This document shows positions 1 through 8,368 of a stretch of 64,000 nucleotides of DNA, piece by piece (the stretch's first letter is position 1; each line of letters opens with the position of its first letter). This stretch comes from Treponemataceae bacterium. Lineage in GTDB: Bacteria; Spirochaetota; Spirochaetia; Treponematales; Rectinemataceae. Under the pieces are notes generated by a model. It was given only the letters and a program-made list of their open reading frames with translations, had not been told where the DNA came from and ran no database searches. The position numbers were made by a program, and so were the translations under genes. The DNA lies in assembly GCA_963678065.2 (NCBI GenBank), contig CAXXVZ010000002.1, positions 480,001 to 544,000 on the forward strand, in the 5' to 3' direction.

Positions 1-180
1 AGCTTCCGGTACAGGTTCATCGGCTCAGGCGGCCAGCTCCTGTCCGAGTCCGAAGGCGACAGCGCTGAATATCGCCTGCGCGGCGACGAATCCTACCTGC
101 GGGTGGAAGTCACTTCGGAGGAAGGCTTCAAGCTCTTCACGCAGCCTGTCTATGATGACACGCTCTTTGCGGCGCCATAG
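1..180 (+). CDS. 3' end of a gene, probably a PHP-like/CehA-McbA metallohydrolase C-terminus (partial)
   Basis: Frame 1 is open from the window edge to TAG at 178-180 and reads SFRYRFIGSGGQLL...YRLRGDESYLRVEVTSEEGFKLFTQPVY, resembling the beta-rich tail of such proteins. Confidence 0.5.
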   Translation, partial: SFRYRFIGSGGQLLSESEGDSAEYRLRGDESYLRVEVTSEEGFKLFTQPVYDDTLFAAP

Positions 181-216
181 CCGATGAGGGTTGCGCGAGG
201 CGAAGGAGGGGCAAAG

Positions 217-2001
217 ATGGGAGCCCTCATCAGAAGCGTCGATTTTTCCGAAGTTGAGATCATCGATCCTTTCTGGAGCGGGATGATCGGACTCGTGCAC
301 GCCAAGACGATTCCGGCTTGCATCGAGAGATGCGAGGAAACCGGGAGGATCGGAAATTTCAGGATCGCGGCGAAGGCGGTCCCGGGGGAACACTCCGGCA
401 GATCATACAACGATTCGGACCTGTACAAGGTTCTGGAGGGAATCGGATACACACTGAGCCGCTTCAGCGACGGGGAACTGGAAAAAAGGGCCGACGAAAT
501 AATCGGGTACATCGTCGGTGCGCAGGAAGAGAGCGGCTATCTCAATACCAAGCACAGCATCTCGGGGGAAGGGCGTTTCGTCGACATGGACGAACACGAA
601 ATGTACAACGGCGGGCACCTGATCGAGGCGGGTATCGCGTACTATCTCGGAACGGGAAAAGACGCCCTGCTTCGGGCCGGAATGAGATTCGCCGACCACA
701 TCATGGAAATCTTCGGGCCGGAAGGAAGGAACTGGGTGCCGGGACATCAGGAAATCGAATTGGCCCTGGTGAAACTCGGCGAGCTTCTGGGGAAGGAAAA
801 GTATATCGCCTTCGCGAAATGGCTCCTGGGCCAGAGGGGACGGGGGTACGGGTCGACCGGTCCCGAAGCGTCAGCCGGGGGATGGAACAGGGAATATTAT
901 CAGGATCTCGTCCCGGTGGAAGATCTGGACAGGATCTATGGCCACGCCGTGCGGGCGATGTACATGTTCGCCGCGATGGCCGATGTTTCGAGGCACGGCT
1001 TTTCAGGCTACCTTCCCGCGCTGGAAAGCGTCTGGCGCAACATAACCGACAGGCACATGTATGTTACCGGAGGAATCGGCTCCTCGAAGGTGAACGAAGG
1101 CTTCACGGTCGAATACGATCTGCCCAACGAGTCGGCCTACTGCGAGACCTGCGCCTCGGTGGGCATGGTGTTTTTCAATCACAGGATGTTCCTCCTGACG
1201 GGCGAATCGAAATACCTCGACGTGCTGGAGAGGGAACTCTACAATGGCGCGATATCGGGGCTCGGCCTCGACGGCAGCAGTTTCTTCTACGACAATCCTC
1301 TCGAATCCCGGGGGAAAGTCGAAAGGAAACCATGGTTCAGGACATCCTGCTGCCCGACACAGCTGGCGCGCTTCATCCCCTCGATCGGCGGCTACATATA
1401 CGCCGCACGGGGGCGCGATCTGTTTGTCACGACGTTCATAGCCAGTGAACTCGAGTGTGGGTTCCGGATACGGATGGAGGGCGATTTCCCGGAATCGGGG
1501 AGAATCAGACTGTCGGGGGATCCGCGAGGGGAACTGGACAGGGTGTTCGTGCGGATCCCCGACTGGGCCAACCGGCATTCCGTGAGGAAGACCGAGGGCG
1601 CTGAATCGGTCGGGATGAAAGACGGGTTCCTCATATTCCGGATCCACGAACGATTCAGCCTGGATTTGGAATTCGACATGAAAATAGATTTCGTGAGGGC
1701 AAACGAACGGGTCGTCTGCGATCGGGGAATGGTGGCGATCCAGTACGGGCCGGTCGTCTACTGCCTGGAGGAAATCGACGCGCCCGACTACGAAAGCTTC
1801 GAGTTCAGGGAAGGCGACGCCTTCACGATAGACCGGAGCAGCGGGACCTTCCCCGGCAGGAGCCTCGTCAGGGTCGTGGACAAGGAGGACGGCAGGACGC
1901 GGGCCACCCTGATTCCCTACCACCTGTGGAACAACAGGGGCGCGTGCGGGATGAAGGTATTCATTCCCTCCCGACTGAGCGACTCGCTGTATTGCCGCTG
2001 A
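217..2001 (+). CDS. GH127 beta-L-arabinofuranosidase family glycoside hydrolase
   Basis: DSDLYKVLE, HEMYNGGHLIEA, GHQEIELAL, GHAVRAMY, YCETCASVG and SCCP motifs; SD GAAGGAGG before ATG 217. Confidence 0.92.
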   Translation: MGALIRSVDFSEVEIIDPFWSGMIGLVHAKTIPACIERCEETGRIGNFRIAAKAVPGEHSGRSYNDSDLYKVLEGIGYTLSRFSDGELEKRADEIIGYIVGAQEESGYLNTKHSISGEGRFVDMDEHEMYNGGHLIEAGIAYYLGTGKDALLRAGMRFADHIMEIFGPEGRNWVPGHQEIELALVKLGELLGKEKYIAFAKWLLGQRGRGYGSTGPEASAGGWNREYYQDLVPVEDLDRIYGHAVRAMYMFAAMADVSRHGFSGYLPALESVWRNITDRHMYVTGGIGSSKVNEGFTVEYDLPNESAYCETCASVGMVFFNHRMFLLTGESKYLDVLERELYNGAISGLGLDGSSFFYDNPLESRGKVERKPWFRTSCCPTQLARFIPSIGGYIYAARGRDLFVTTFIASELECGFRIRMEGDFPESGRIRLSGDPRGELDRVFVRIPDWANRHSVRKTEGAESVGMKDGFLIFRIHERFSLDLEFDMKIDFVRANERVVCDRGMVAIQYGPVVYCLEEIDAPDYESFEFREGDAFTIDRSSGTFPGRSLVRVVDKEDGRTRATLIPYHLWNNRGACGMKVFIPSRLSDSLYCR

Positions 2002-2065
2002 TCGCCGCCTTTGCTCGGGTCTCGCCGCCATTACCGGCCTCTGCCGCCGATCGTCGCCCTGACTG

Positions 2066-3079
2066 TCACCTGGCCACCGCTCGCGCGAGCCCCAGGGACG
2101 GGTTTCGCACGAGGGAGCATTCTATCGAATAATCCTTGAATCCGGAGTTCCCCTTCATTTTCGACATCAGGAGCCTGAACGCCGCGTCGGACAAGCCTTC
2201 CACGGGGATATTCACCGTCGCGAGTTTGGGAACGAGGAAATTGGAGAAAACCTGATTGTCGAATCCCGTAACCGAGAGATCTTCGGGGATGCGCAGCCCG
2301 CCTTCCCTGGCCACCTTGTACACGGTCGAGGCGATGATATCGTTGAAGCAGACTATGGCCGTGACGTCCTTCGCGATGAGTTCCTTTGCCATGGTTTCGA
2401 CCTCAGCCTGCCGGTCGAGGTAATAACTCCCGAAGAGGATGTTCTCCCTGTTCGCACCCAGGCCGGCCTCCTCCACCGCATCGATGAATCCCCCGAGACG
2501 AAGCCTGGTCGCTGCCCAGGCCTGTTCACCGGTGATGCACCCGATCTTCGCGTGCCCGCAGCCCAGCAGGAGGGATGTAATATCGCGCACAGCCTTCCGC
2601 TCGTCGTACAGGACGCAGGAATCGGCATACTCCTCATGCCAGGTGTTGATGAACACCATCGGTATTTCGGGTGCGACCGCCCCGTAGGTCTCGAAGACGC
2701 TTCCGTCGATGTAGTTGGTCGCGAGATAGATTATTCCGTCGACCTTGTTTTCCGCCATGAACTCTATGGACTTCTCGAATTTGTCGTTGTGGACGACGAT
2801 GAGGGTGTATCTGTTCTGACTGCAAAGGGAGTTCAGAGTGTTGAGTATCTTGTTGCTGTAGTTGACCATATCGTCGAGATTGACGATCACGCCTATCAGG
2901 TTCGAGATGCCGGTCTTGAGGCGCCGCGCCATCGTGTTGGGCTTGTAGTTCAGCTGCCTGGCCGCGTCGAGGACGATGCCGACGGTCTCCTCGCTGAGAC
3001 TGCCTTTCCCGTTGAGGGCGTAGGAGACCGAAGACACGGATAGATGGGTGAGCCTGGCGATATCCTTCAAGGTGCTCAT
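2066..3079 (-). CDS. LacI-family transcriptional regulator
   Basis: N-terminal TLKDIARLTHLSVSSVSYALN HTH, YKPN hinge, IPEDLSVTGFDN sugar-binding domain. Confidence 0.95.
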   Translation of the reverse strand: MSTLKDIARLTHLSVSSVSYALNGKGSLSEETVGIVLDAARQLNYKPNTMARRLKTGISNLIGVIVNLDDMVNYSNKILNTLNSLCSQNRYTLIVVHNDKFEKSIEFMAENKVDGIIYLATNYIDGSVFETYGAVAPEIPMVFINTWHEEYADSCVLYDERKAVRDITSLLLGCGHAKIGCITGEQAWAATRLRLGGFIDAVEEAGLGANRENILFGSYYLDRQAEVETMAKELIAKDVTAIVCFNDIIASTVYKVAREGGLRIPEDLSVTGFDNQVFSNFLVPKLATVNIPVEGLSDAAFRLLMSKMKGNSGFKDYSIECSLVRNPSLGLARAVAR

Positions 3080-3107
3080 GTTCCTGTTTCTCCGTGCCGG
3101 GCAATTC

Positions 3108-3263
3108 TTACGGGGTCCGGACTACGCGGAATCCGAATACATTATCCTTATCAGAGGGTAAGGGCATGGCCCGATGATAAACGTCCAGAAAATCGGCGGT
3201 GCCTTTCCAGCTTCCGCCACGGATGACCTTGCGCTCTCCGCTTGCCGGATATATCCCCCGCAA
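3108..3263 (-). pseudogene. C-terminal remnant of a formylglycine-generating enzyme (FGE/SUMF1) domain gene
   Basis: Minus strand reads LRGIYPASGERKVIRGGSWKGTADFLDVYHRAMPLPSDKDNVFGFRVVRTP*, with the RGGSW...GFR signature; in-frame TGA just upstream, so the 5' part is missing. Confidence 0.75.
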
Positions 3264-3425
3264 GGTTCATCTAGATATATACTCCATGAGGTTTATTACT
3301 GCAATATACCCTATAGAGTTCTGCAATTTTTATTTACAGAATGATCTACTCATCTGAGTGGCATCCCTTCCCGTAAGTCCAATCTAGATATTACGATAGA
3401 TGTTCAGAGATGCGAGTTGTCCTCC

Positions 3426-3470
3426 ACTCATAATCCGTTGGTCGCTGGCTCAGGTCCAGCAGGGCCCATC
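3426..3470 (+). mobile_element. Degenerate 3' half of tRNA-Ile2/Met (anticodon CAT); candidate att-site scar
   Basis: ACTCATAATCCGTTGGTCGCTGGCTCAGGTCCAGCAGGGCCCA: anticodon loop CTCATAA, T-stem GCTGG/CCAGC with a 7-nt loop, 3' acceptor strand; no 5' half upstream. Confidence 0.75.
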
Positions 3471-3858
3471 GCTCAATACATAGCACCTTTCATTATGGTG
3501 GAATGAATTATTCAAAAGCTCCAACCACAGACCAGGATATACAAGCGAAGGACTCTCTCGGCTCTCGTCCTACCAATAACAACTCCCTGGATGAGTATAT
3601 CCGGACCATAAGAAACGAATCGGCAGATGGATGCATTGAGGATTGGGGACCTATCAACGTACTCTGGCATAAGTGGGAAGTATCAGCCTGGATCCCTCGG
3701 TGGCGCCACACCGGCGTTAGCCACCATACGGTTCCTTTGTACACGAACTGACCGAAAGCCTCAATGAAGAAAGCAACGTTAGTGGGCTGATGTCCTGTTT
3801 CGTCGTTCAGCTCAGGTTGACAGTCGGCTCAGTCGGCCGAACAAGATTTTCCCCTGTT

Positions 3859-3891
3859 TGTCATCTGAATGTCATCTTCGTGCCGTATGTT
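3859..3891 (+). promoter_or_regulatory. OmpR/PhoB-type direct repeat and putative -10 of the DUF4405 operon
   Basis: TGTCATCT-gaa-TGTCATCT (11-bp period, 3859-3877) followed by TATGTT at 3886-3891. Confidence 0.6.
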
Positions 3892-3961
3892 CTCAGTACC
3901 TAGACCGGGGAAAGGCTCGTCGAGCCCACGATTGGTCCAGGAAACTATAGGGAGCATGCAT

Positions 3962-4471
3962 ATGCCTATCAAGAACAAAACTGTCACGAATCTTTTTCTG
4001 GACATCGCCATTTTCCTGGCCTTCGTCCTTGCGATGACGCCGCGGACCACGGGTATACCCATCCACGAATGGCTGTCCATCGCCTTCGCGGCGTGCGCCG
4101 TCGTCCATCTTCTCCTCCACTGGGAGTGGATTGTCGACGTCACGCCCAAGTTCTTCATGCGGTTGTTCCACGAATCTCGCCTCAACTTCGTGGTCGACGT
4201 AATCCTTTTTCTCTCCATGATCCTGATTATGGTCAGCGGCTTCGCCCTCTCGAAGTTTGCCCTTCCCGCCTTTGGGATCAGTCTTCCTTTCTCCCTGGCC
4301 TGGAGGCGGATTCACGGGGTTTCGGCAGAAGTCGCCCTCATCGCCCTGGGAATCCATTGCGGCCTCCATGCGAAATGGATCGCGTTCAATGGGAAGAAGC
4401 ATCTGATCGAGCCGATCGTCGGCCTCTTCCGCAAACGGCTCGAAAAAATGACGATCACGGAGGCGAAGTGA
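3962..4471 (+). CDS. DUF4405 cytochrome b-like membrane protein
   Basis: Four hydrophobic helices with His pairs: IHEWLS...VHLLLHWEW and IHGVSA...IHCGLHAKW. Confidence 0.8.
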   Translation: MPIKNKTVTNLFLDIAIFLAFVLAMTPRTTGIPIHEWLSIAFAACAVVHLLLHWEWIVDVTPKFFMRLFHESRLNFVVDVILFLSMILIMVSGFALSKFALPAFGISLPFSLAWRRIHGVSAEVALIALGIHCGLHAKWIAFNGKKHLIEPIVGLFRKRLEKMTITEAK

Positions 4472-4863
4472 TGAAAATGGTAGTGAGAGCCCTGACGATC
4501 CTGGTGATCGCCTGCGTCATAGGTTTCGGGACCTATTCGGTAGTCCAGATGACAAGCGCGGTTCCCACCTCCGCGGCCATGGCGGCGAGAGAGCGGCCCG
4601 CGCTCGAGGCGGGAGGACAACAGTTCCCCTATGGCAAGCCTTACGGCGCATCACACGATGGCTCGGCTCCCAACGGAGCCGAGCGCAGACGTCCCGGCGG
4701 TGGCTCAGGAAACAAACTCGTACCGGCGCTCCTCGTGCTCGCCAAATTCTCGGGCGTCTTCGCGGTCGTGGCGATCGCGGCCGCCCTCGTGAGGCGGCTC
4801 CTCGGACAGGACAAAAAAAGAGGGGCTGGTGTATGCGAGGATGCTGGCGAGGGTCAATGTTGA
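4471..4863 (+). CDS. Hypothetical two-TM membrane protein
   Basis: TGATG coupling to the upstream gene; N- and C-terminal hydrophobic helices around a Gly/Pro-rich loop. Confidence 0.65.
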   Translation: MKMVVRALTILVIACVIGFGTYSVVQMTSAVPTSAAMAARERPALEAGGQQFPYGKPYGASHDGSAPNGAERRRPGGGSGNKLVPALLVLAKFSGVFAVVAIAAALVRRLLGQDKKRGAGVCEDAGEGQC

Positions 4864-4903
4864 CCGCAACGCCGATTAGCTCTTGGCTACGAAGGAGTAT
4901 GTC

Positions 4904-6025
4904 ATGGATAGGCGTCCTTTTGTGGGTGAACGGCTTCTCGTGGCGGCGTTGATGGTTACGGCTTTTCCCGCGTTGGTTCAAGATGCGACCGCTTCACCGG
5001 AGGCCTCCTCGTCGTGGATGGCTTCTGACAAAGCAACGTACAGCCTCGTCTTCGATCCACAACCCTATACAGTCAAGACTACGACGGTGGACGATCAGAC
5101 GATCAGATACCGTGCTTTCAAAGGAATCGTTTACGTGTCCGATCCTGTCGACTCCGGGGACGAAAGCATGGATCTTTTCGTACCTGAGGACTACTACGAA
5201 GGAAAGGTGATCGGAGGCTATTCGGTCGACAGTGCACCGATCTTCTTCACCAACGCCGTGGGGGGTTACATGCCCACCGAACCTAGCGAAAGCGACATCG
5301 AGAGCAACCCGTCATCTGGTATGTCCGTTGGCCTCATTGCCGGCGCTTTTGCGAACACGACGATTTCGCCGGTAGATGTTGTGTCGGGGGCGTCGCCCGC
5401 AGTTCCCGGTGGTTTCTGCGGTCTCGGTCCTGGCCCTAACGTCATTTCCGTCGCCCTGGCCAAGGGTTACGTCGTCGCCTCGCCTGGTTGTAGGGGGATC
5501 ATCCAAAACGACGTCCTCTGCATGGATGACGCTTTAGCCTGTATCGTCGATCTCAAGGCCGCCGTTCGCTACTTGCGCTACAACGACGCTGTCATGCCGG
5601 GCGACGCCGAGAAGATCATATCCAACGGTACGAGTATCGGCGGCGCCATCTCAGCTATCCTCGGAGTCACGGGTAACAGCAAGGACTATGAGCCCTACCT
5701 GAAGGCCCTCGGGGCGGCAGATGCGCGGGACAACGTCTTTGCCGCCTCCTGCCATTGCCCGACCAGCGGCCTCGACGATGTCGATATGGCCTATGGATGG
5801 CAGCTGAACGGGATTGACGACTACTGCTCCATGGTGGACGTAGACGCGACGTCAACTGGGCAGATCGCTGCCCTGGCTTTGCTGAAGACTCTGTTCCCAG
5901 CCAGCTCGAGTGATCCTGATTTGCAGGCCGTGTGCACAACGATCGCTCGATACTGGCACATCCGCCGCAGTGGCGACTATGACAAAGAAGAACTCTTCGC
6001 GTGGATAGCCCAGATCTGCAGCTGA
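4904..6025 (+). CDS. Exported subtype-B tannase-like alpha/beta hydrolase, apparently internally deleted
   Basis: Signal peptide; FTNAVGGYMP, IVDLKAAVRYLRYND, SNGTSIGG, DMAYGWQ and GDYDKEELFAWI motifs; short at 373 aa. Confidence 0.75.
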   Translation: MDRRPFVGERLLVAALMVTAFPALVQDATASPEASSSWMASDKATYSLVFDPQPYTVKTTTVDDQTIRYRAFKGIVYVSDPVDSGDESMDLFVPEDYYEGKVIGGYSVDSAPIFFTNAVGGYMPTEPSESDIESNPSSGMSVGLIAGAFANTTISPVDVVSGASPAVPGGFCGLGPGPNVISVALAKGYVVASPGCRGIIQNDVLCMDDALACIVDLKAAVRYLRYNDAVMPGDAEKIISNGTSIGGAISAILGVTGNSKDYEPYLKALGAADARDNVFAASCHCPTSGLDDVDMAYGWQLNGIDDYCSMVDVDATSTGQIAALALLKTLFPASSSDPDLQAVCTTIARYWHIRRSGDYDKEELFAWIAQICS

Positions 6026-6138
6026 CGGTTTATCCGCGGCCTATTCCCAGCATTGCTCGCCGATGTCTCTCGCGAGGGCATGCGAAATATGCTTTAATAA
6101 GATAATGCGAAGCGTGCCGACGCTCAGGAAGGTTCTGG

Positions 6139-6825
6139 ATGCGGATACTGCTCGTCGAGGACAACAGGAGGTTCTCTGCTGCACTGGCGGAGTCCCTCCA
6201 GGAGGAAGGCTACGCCGTCGACTCCGCCTACGACGGCCCAGAAGGTGTGGGCATGGGCTCGTCCTCGGCCTACGACCTCGTAGTCCTGGACATCATGCTT
6301 CCGGGAAAGAACGGCTTCGAAGTGTGTCGCGCCCTACGGTCCAGGAAGGTGACGACGCCAATCCTCATGCTCACGGCCCGCCTCGATGTCGAAGACAGGG
6401 TCCGCGGGCTCGATATGGGGGCGGACGATTATCTTCCCAAACCGTTCGAGCTTGCCGAGCTCCTAGCGAGGATCAGGGCCTTGCTCAGGCGTGGGGCGGC
6501 GGGGGCGGCGGGAGAGCTCCGGGTGGCCGACCTCGCACTCGATCCGGCCAGGCACGAGGTGCGCCGGGGAGAAAAGTTTCTCGACCTCACGCCGCGGGAA
6601 TTCGGGCTTCTGGAGTACCTGATGAGGCACATCGGACAGACCGCCACCCGCAAACTCGTCGAGGAGCATCTGTGGAGCCAGGAGGATATCGTCGTCTCGA
6701 ACGTCGTGGACGTCTACATCCGGCGCCTGAGAGCGAAGCTCGACGACGGCTTCGAGGTCAAACTCCTGGAGACCGTGCGGGGAATAGGCTATCGTCTGCG
6801 CGACCCTGCGGGTGACAGACAATGA
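6139..6825 (+). CDS. OmpR-family response regulator
   Basis: ILLVED, LDIMLPG, GADDYLPKPF, and winged helix NVVDVYIRRLRAKL...TVRGIGY. Confidence 0.95.
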   Translation: MRILLVEDNRRFSAALAESLQEEGYAVDSAYDGPEGVGMGSSSAYDLVVLDIMLPGKNGFEVCRALRSRKVTTPILMLTARLDVEDRVRGLDMGADDYLPKPFELAELLARIRALLRRGAAGAAGELRVADLALDPARHEVRRGEKFLDLTPREFGLLEYLMRHIGQTATRKLVEEHLWSQEDIVVSNVVDVYIRRLRAKLDDGFEVKLLETVRGIGYRLRDPAGDRQ

Positions 6826-8246
6826 GCGAACCAACGGGACGGACAAATTTCCTGAAGAGCAGTCACTTCCGCATAACCCTTTGGTATACAGTGCTGATAG
6901 GCGTCCTCTCGATCGCCTTCGGCGCGTTCATCTATCTCAATCAAGTGCGGGCGATCTACGGCGACAGCCGGTTTCGGGTCTCCAGGGGGATAGGGGATCT
7001 TCTCCATGCCCTGGACCGGGGCCAGGAGGTCTCCCTTCGCTCCGACGAAGCCTTCGCCGTCATTGGGGGCGACGGGAAGGTGCTTCGCGCCGAAGGGATC
7101 GACGAAAAGAAGGCGCTCTCCCTGGCGGCGGCCGCGGAGGGCGCTCCGCCCACAGCCGCGAAGAACAGTGGAGGCCGGCCGCCGAAGGGGACGAATCCTT
7201 CGAGCTACGTCGCGAGCGGCGATCTTCTGTTCGGCTATATATGGCTCGAACGGCCGGAAGGGGTTGCCCCGGGGGGGCATCTTCTCTATGGAGCGCCTCT
7301 CGATCCCTATGGACTTCGACTAAGGCTCTTCGTGAACTTGCTCTTGGCGCTCATCCTCATGCTTGCTTCCGCCCTGTTGAGCGGAGTATGGCTGGCGAAC
7401 AAATCGATGAAACCCGTAGCGCGGATCGCGAGGACGGCGAGGTCGATAGGTGAAGGAGATCTCTCGCGGAGAATACGACTCGGGACCCGCGATGAGCTTG
7501 GGGAGATTTCTTCGGTATTCGACGCGATGCTCGATCGGCTTGAGGCGGCTTTCGCGCGGCAAAAACGCTTCGTCGCCGACGCTGGCCACGAGTTGCGCAC
7601 GCCGCTCTCCATCATCATACTGGAGACGGAACGGTCTCTGGCCTCGGGGCGGTCCGCGGAGGAGTATAGGCGCAGTTTGTCGTCGATCCGGGCCGAAGGC
7701 GTCTTCATGTCGAAGTTGGTCGAGGATCTCCTGACGCTTGCCCGGGCAGACGAAGCGGGACTCAAGGCGTCTTGGGAACCTGTCGACCTCGCCGACGTCG
7801 CCTTGGAGGCGATAGAGCGCTTCGGTCCTCTCGCTTCGGCCAAGGGCGTAAGGCTCATCGTCGGAGAGCTGCCGGAAACCATAGTGCACGGTGATCGGAA
7901 AGCCCTCGTGACGGTACTCGGCAACCTTCTGGACAATGCGATCAAGTATGGCCGAAAGGATGGTGGCCACATCGATCTCCGTCTGGAACCGCGGAAGGCC
8001 GACGCTTGTGTCGTCGTGTCGGACAATGGCCCTGGCATCCCCCCCGACAAAATCGGCAAGATATTCGATCGGTTCTACCGCGTGGACGAGGCGAGGACCG
8101 ATGGCGACGAAGGTCCCGCCGGCAGCGGGCTCGGCTTAGCCATCGCCAAGGCTATCGTCGAGGCGCACGGAGGGCGGATCGACGTGAAAAGCGAACTGGA
8201 GGTGGGGGCGGAGTTCCGTATAATCCTTCCACTAAAACTGGCCTAG
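6822..8246 (+). CDS. Membrane sensor histidine kinase (HAMP-HisKA-HATPase)
   Basis: Two TM helices, HAMP, DAGHELRTPL, NLLDNAIKY, DNGPGI, GSGLGLAI. Confidence 0.95.
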   Translation: MSEPTGRTNFLKSSHFRITLWYTVLIGVLSIAFGAFIYLNQVRAIYGDSRFRVSRGIGDLLHALDRGQEVSLRSDEAFAVIGGDGKVLRAEGIDEKKALSLAAAAEGAPPTAAKNSGGRPPKGTNPSSYVASGDLLFGYIWLERPEGVAPGGHLLYGAPLDPYGLRLRLFVNLLLALILMLASALLSGVWLANKSMKPVARIARTARSIGEGDLSRRIRLGTRDELGEISSVFDAMLDRLEAAFARQKRFVADAGHELRTPLSIIILETERSLASGRSAEEYRRSLSSIRAEGVFMSKLVEDLLTLARADEAGLKASWEPVDLADVALEAIERFGPLASAKGVRLIVGELPETIVHGDRKALVTVLGNLLDNAIKYGRKDGGHIDLRLEPRKADACVVVSDNGPGIPPDKIGKIFDRFYRVDEARTDGDEGPAGSGLGLAIAKAIVEAHGGRIDVKSELEVGAEFRIILPLKLA

Positions 8247-8368
8247 ACTAAAAGTAGGCTTTCAATACGGCCTGTTCCTGGAGGGCGCAAGAAGAACTCA
8301 CAGGGAAACGTATCGTTTTGGAAAGGGTACGAACTGCATCTGGATGCTACCGATACGGGGATTCCGGC

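Noticed and set aside
3395..3470. Functional tRNA gene
   Set aside because: No 5' acceptor strand or D-arm, and the T-loop is mutated
3503..3751. 82-aa plus-strand and 78-aa minus-strand ORFs in the low-GC patch
   Set aside because: No recognisable motif and atypical composition; probably decayed DNA
6139..8246. phoB/phoR assignment
   Set aside because: The kinase has HAMP and no PAS, and the pair follows a DUF4405 operon; there is no specific PhoB evidence
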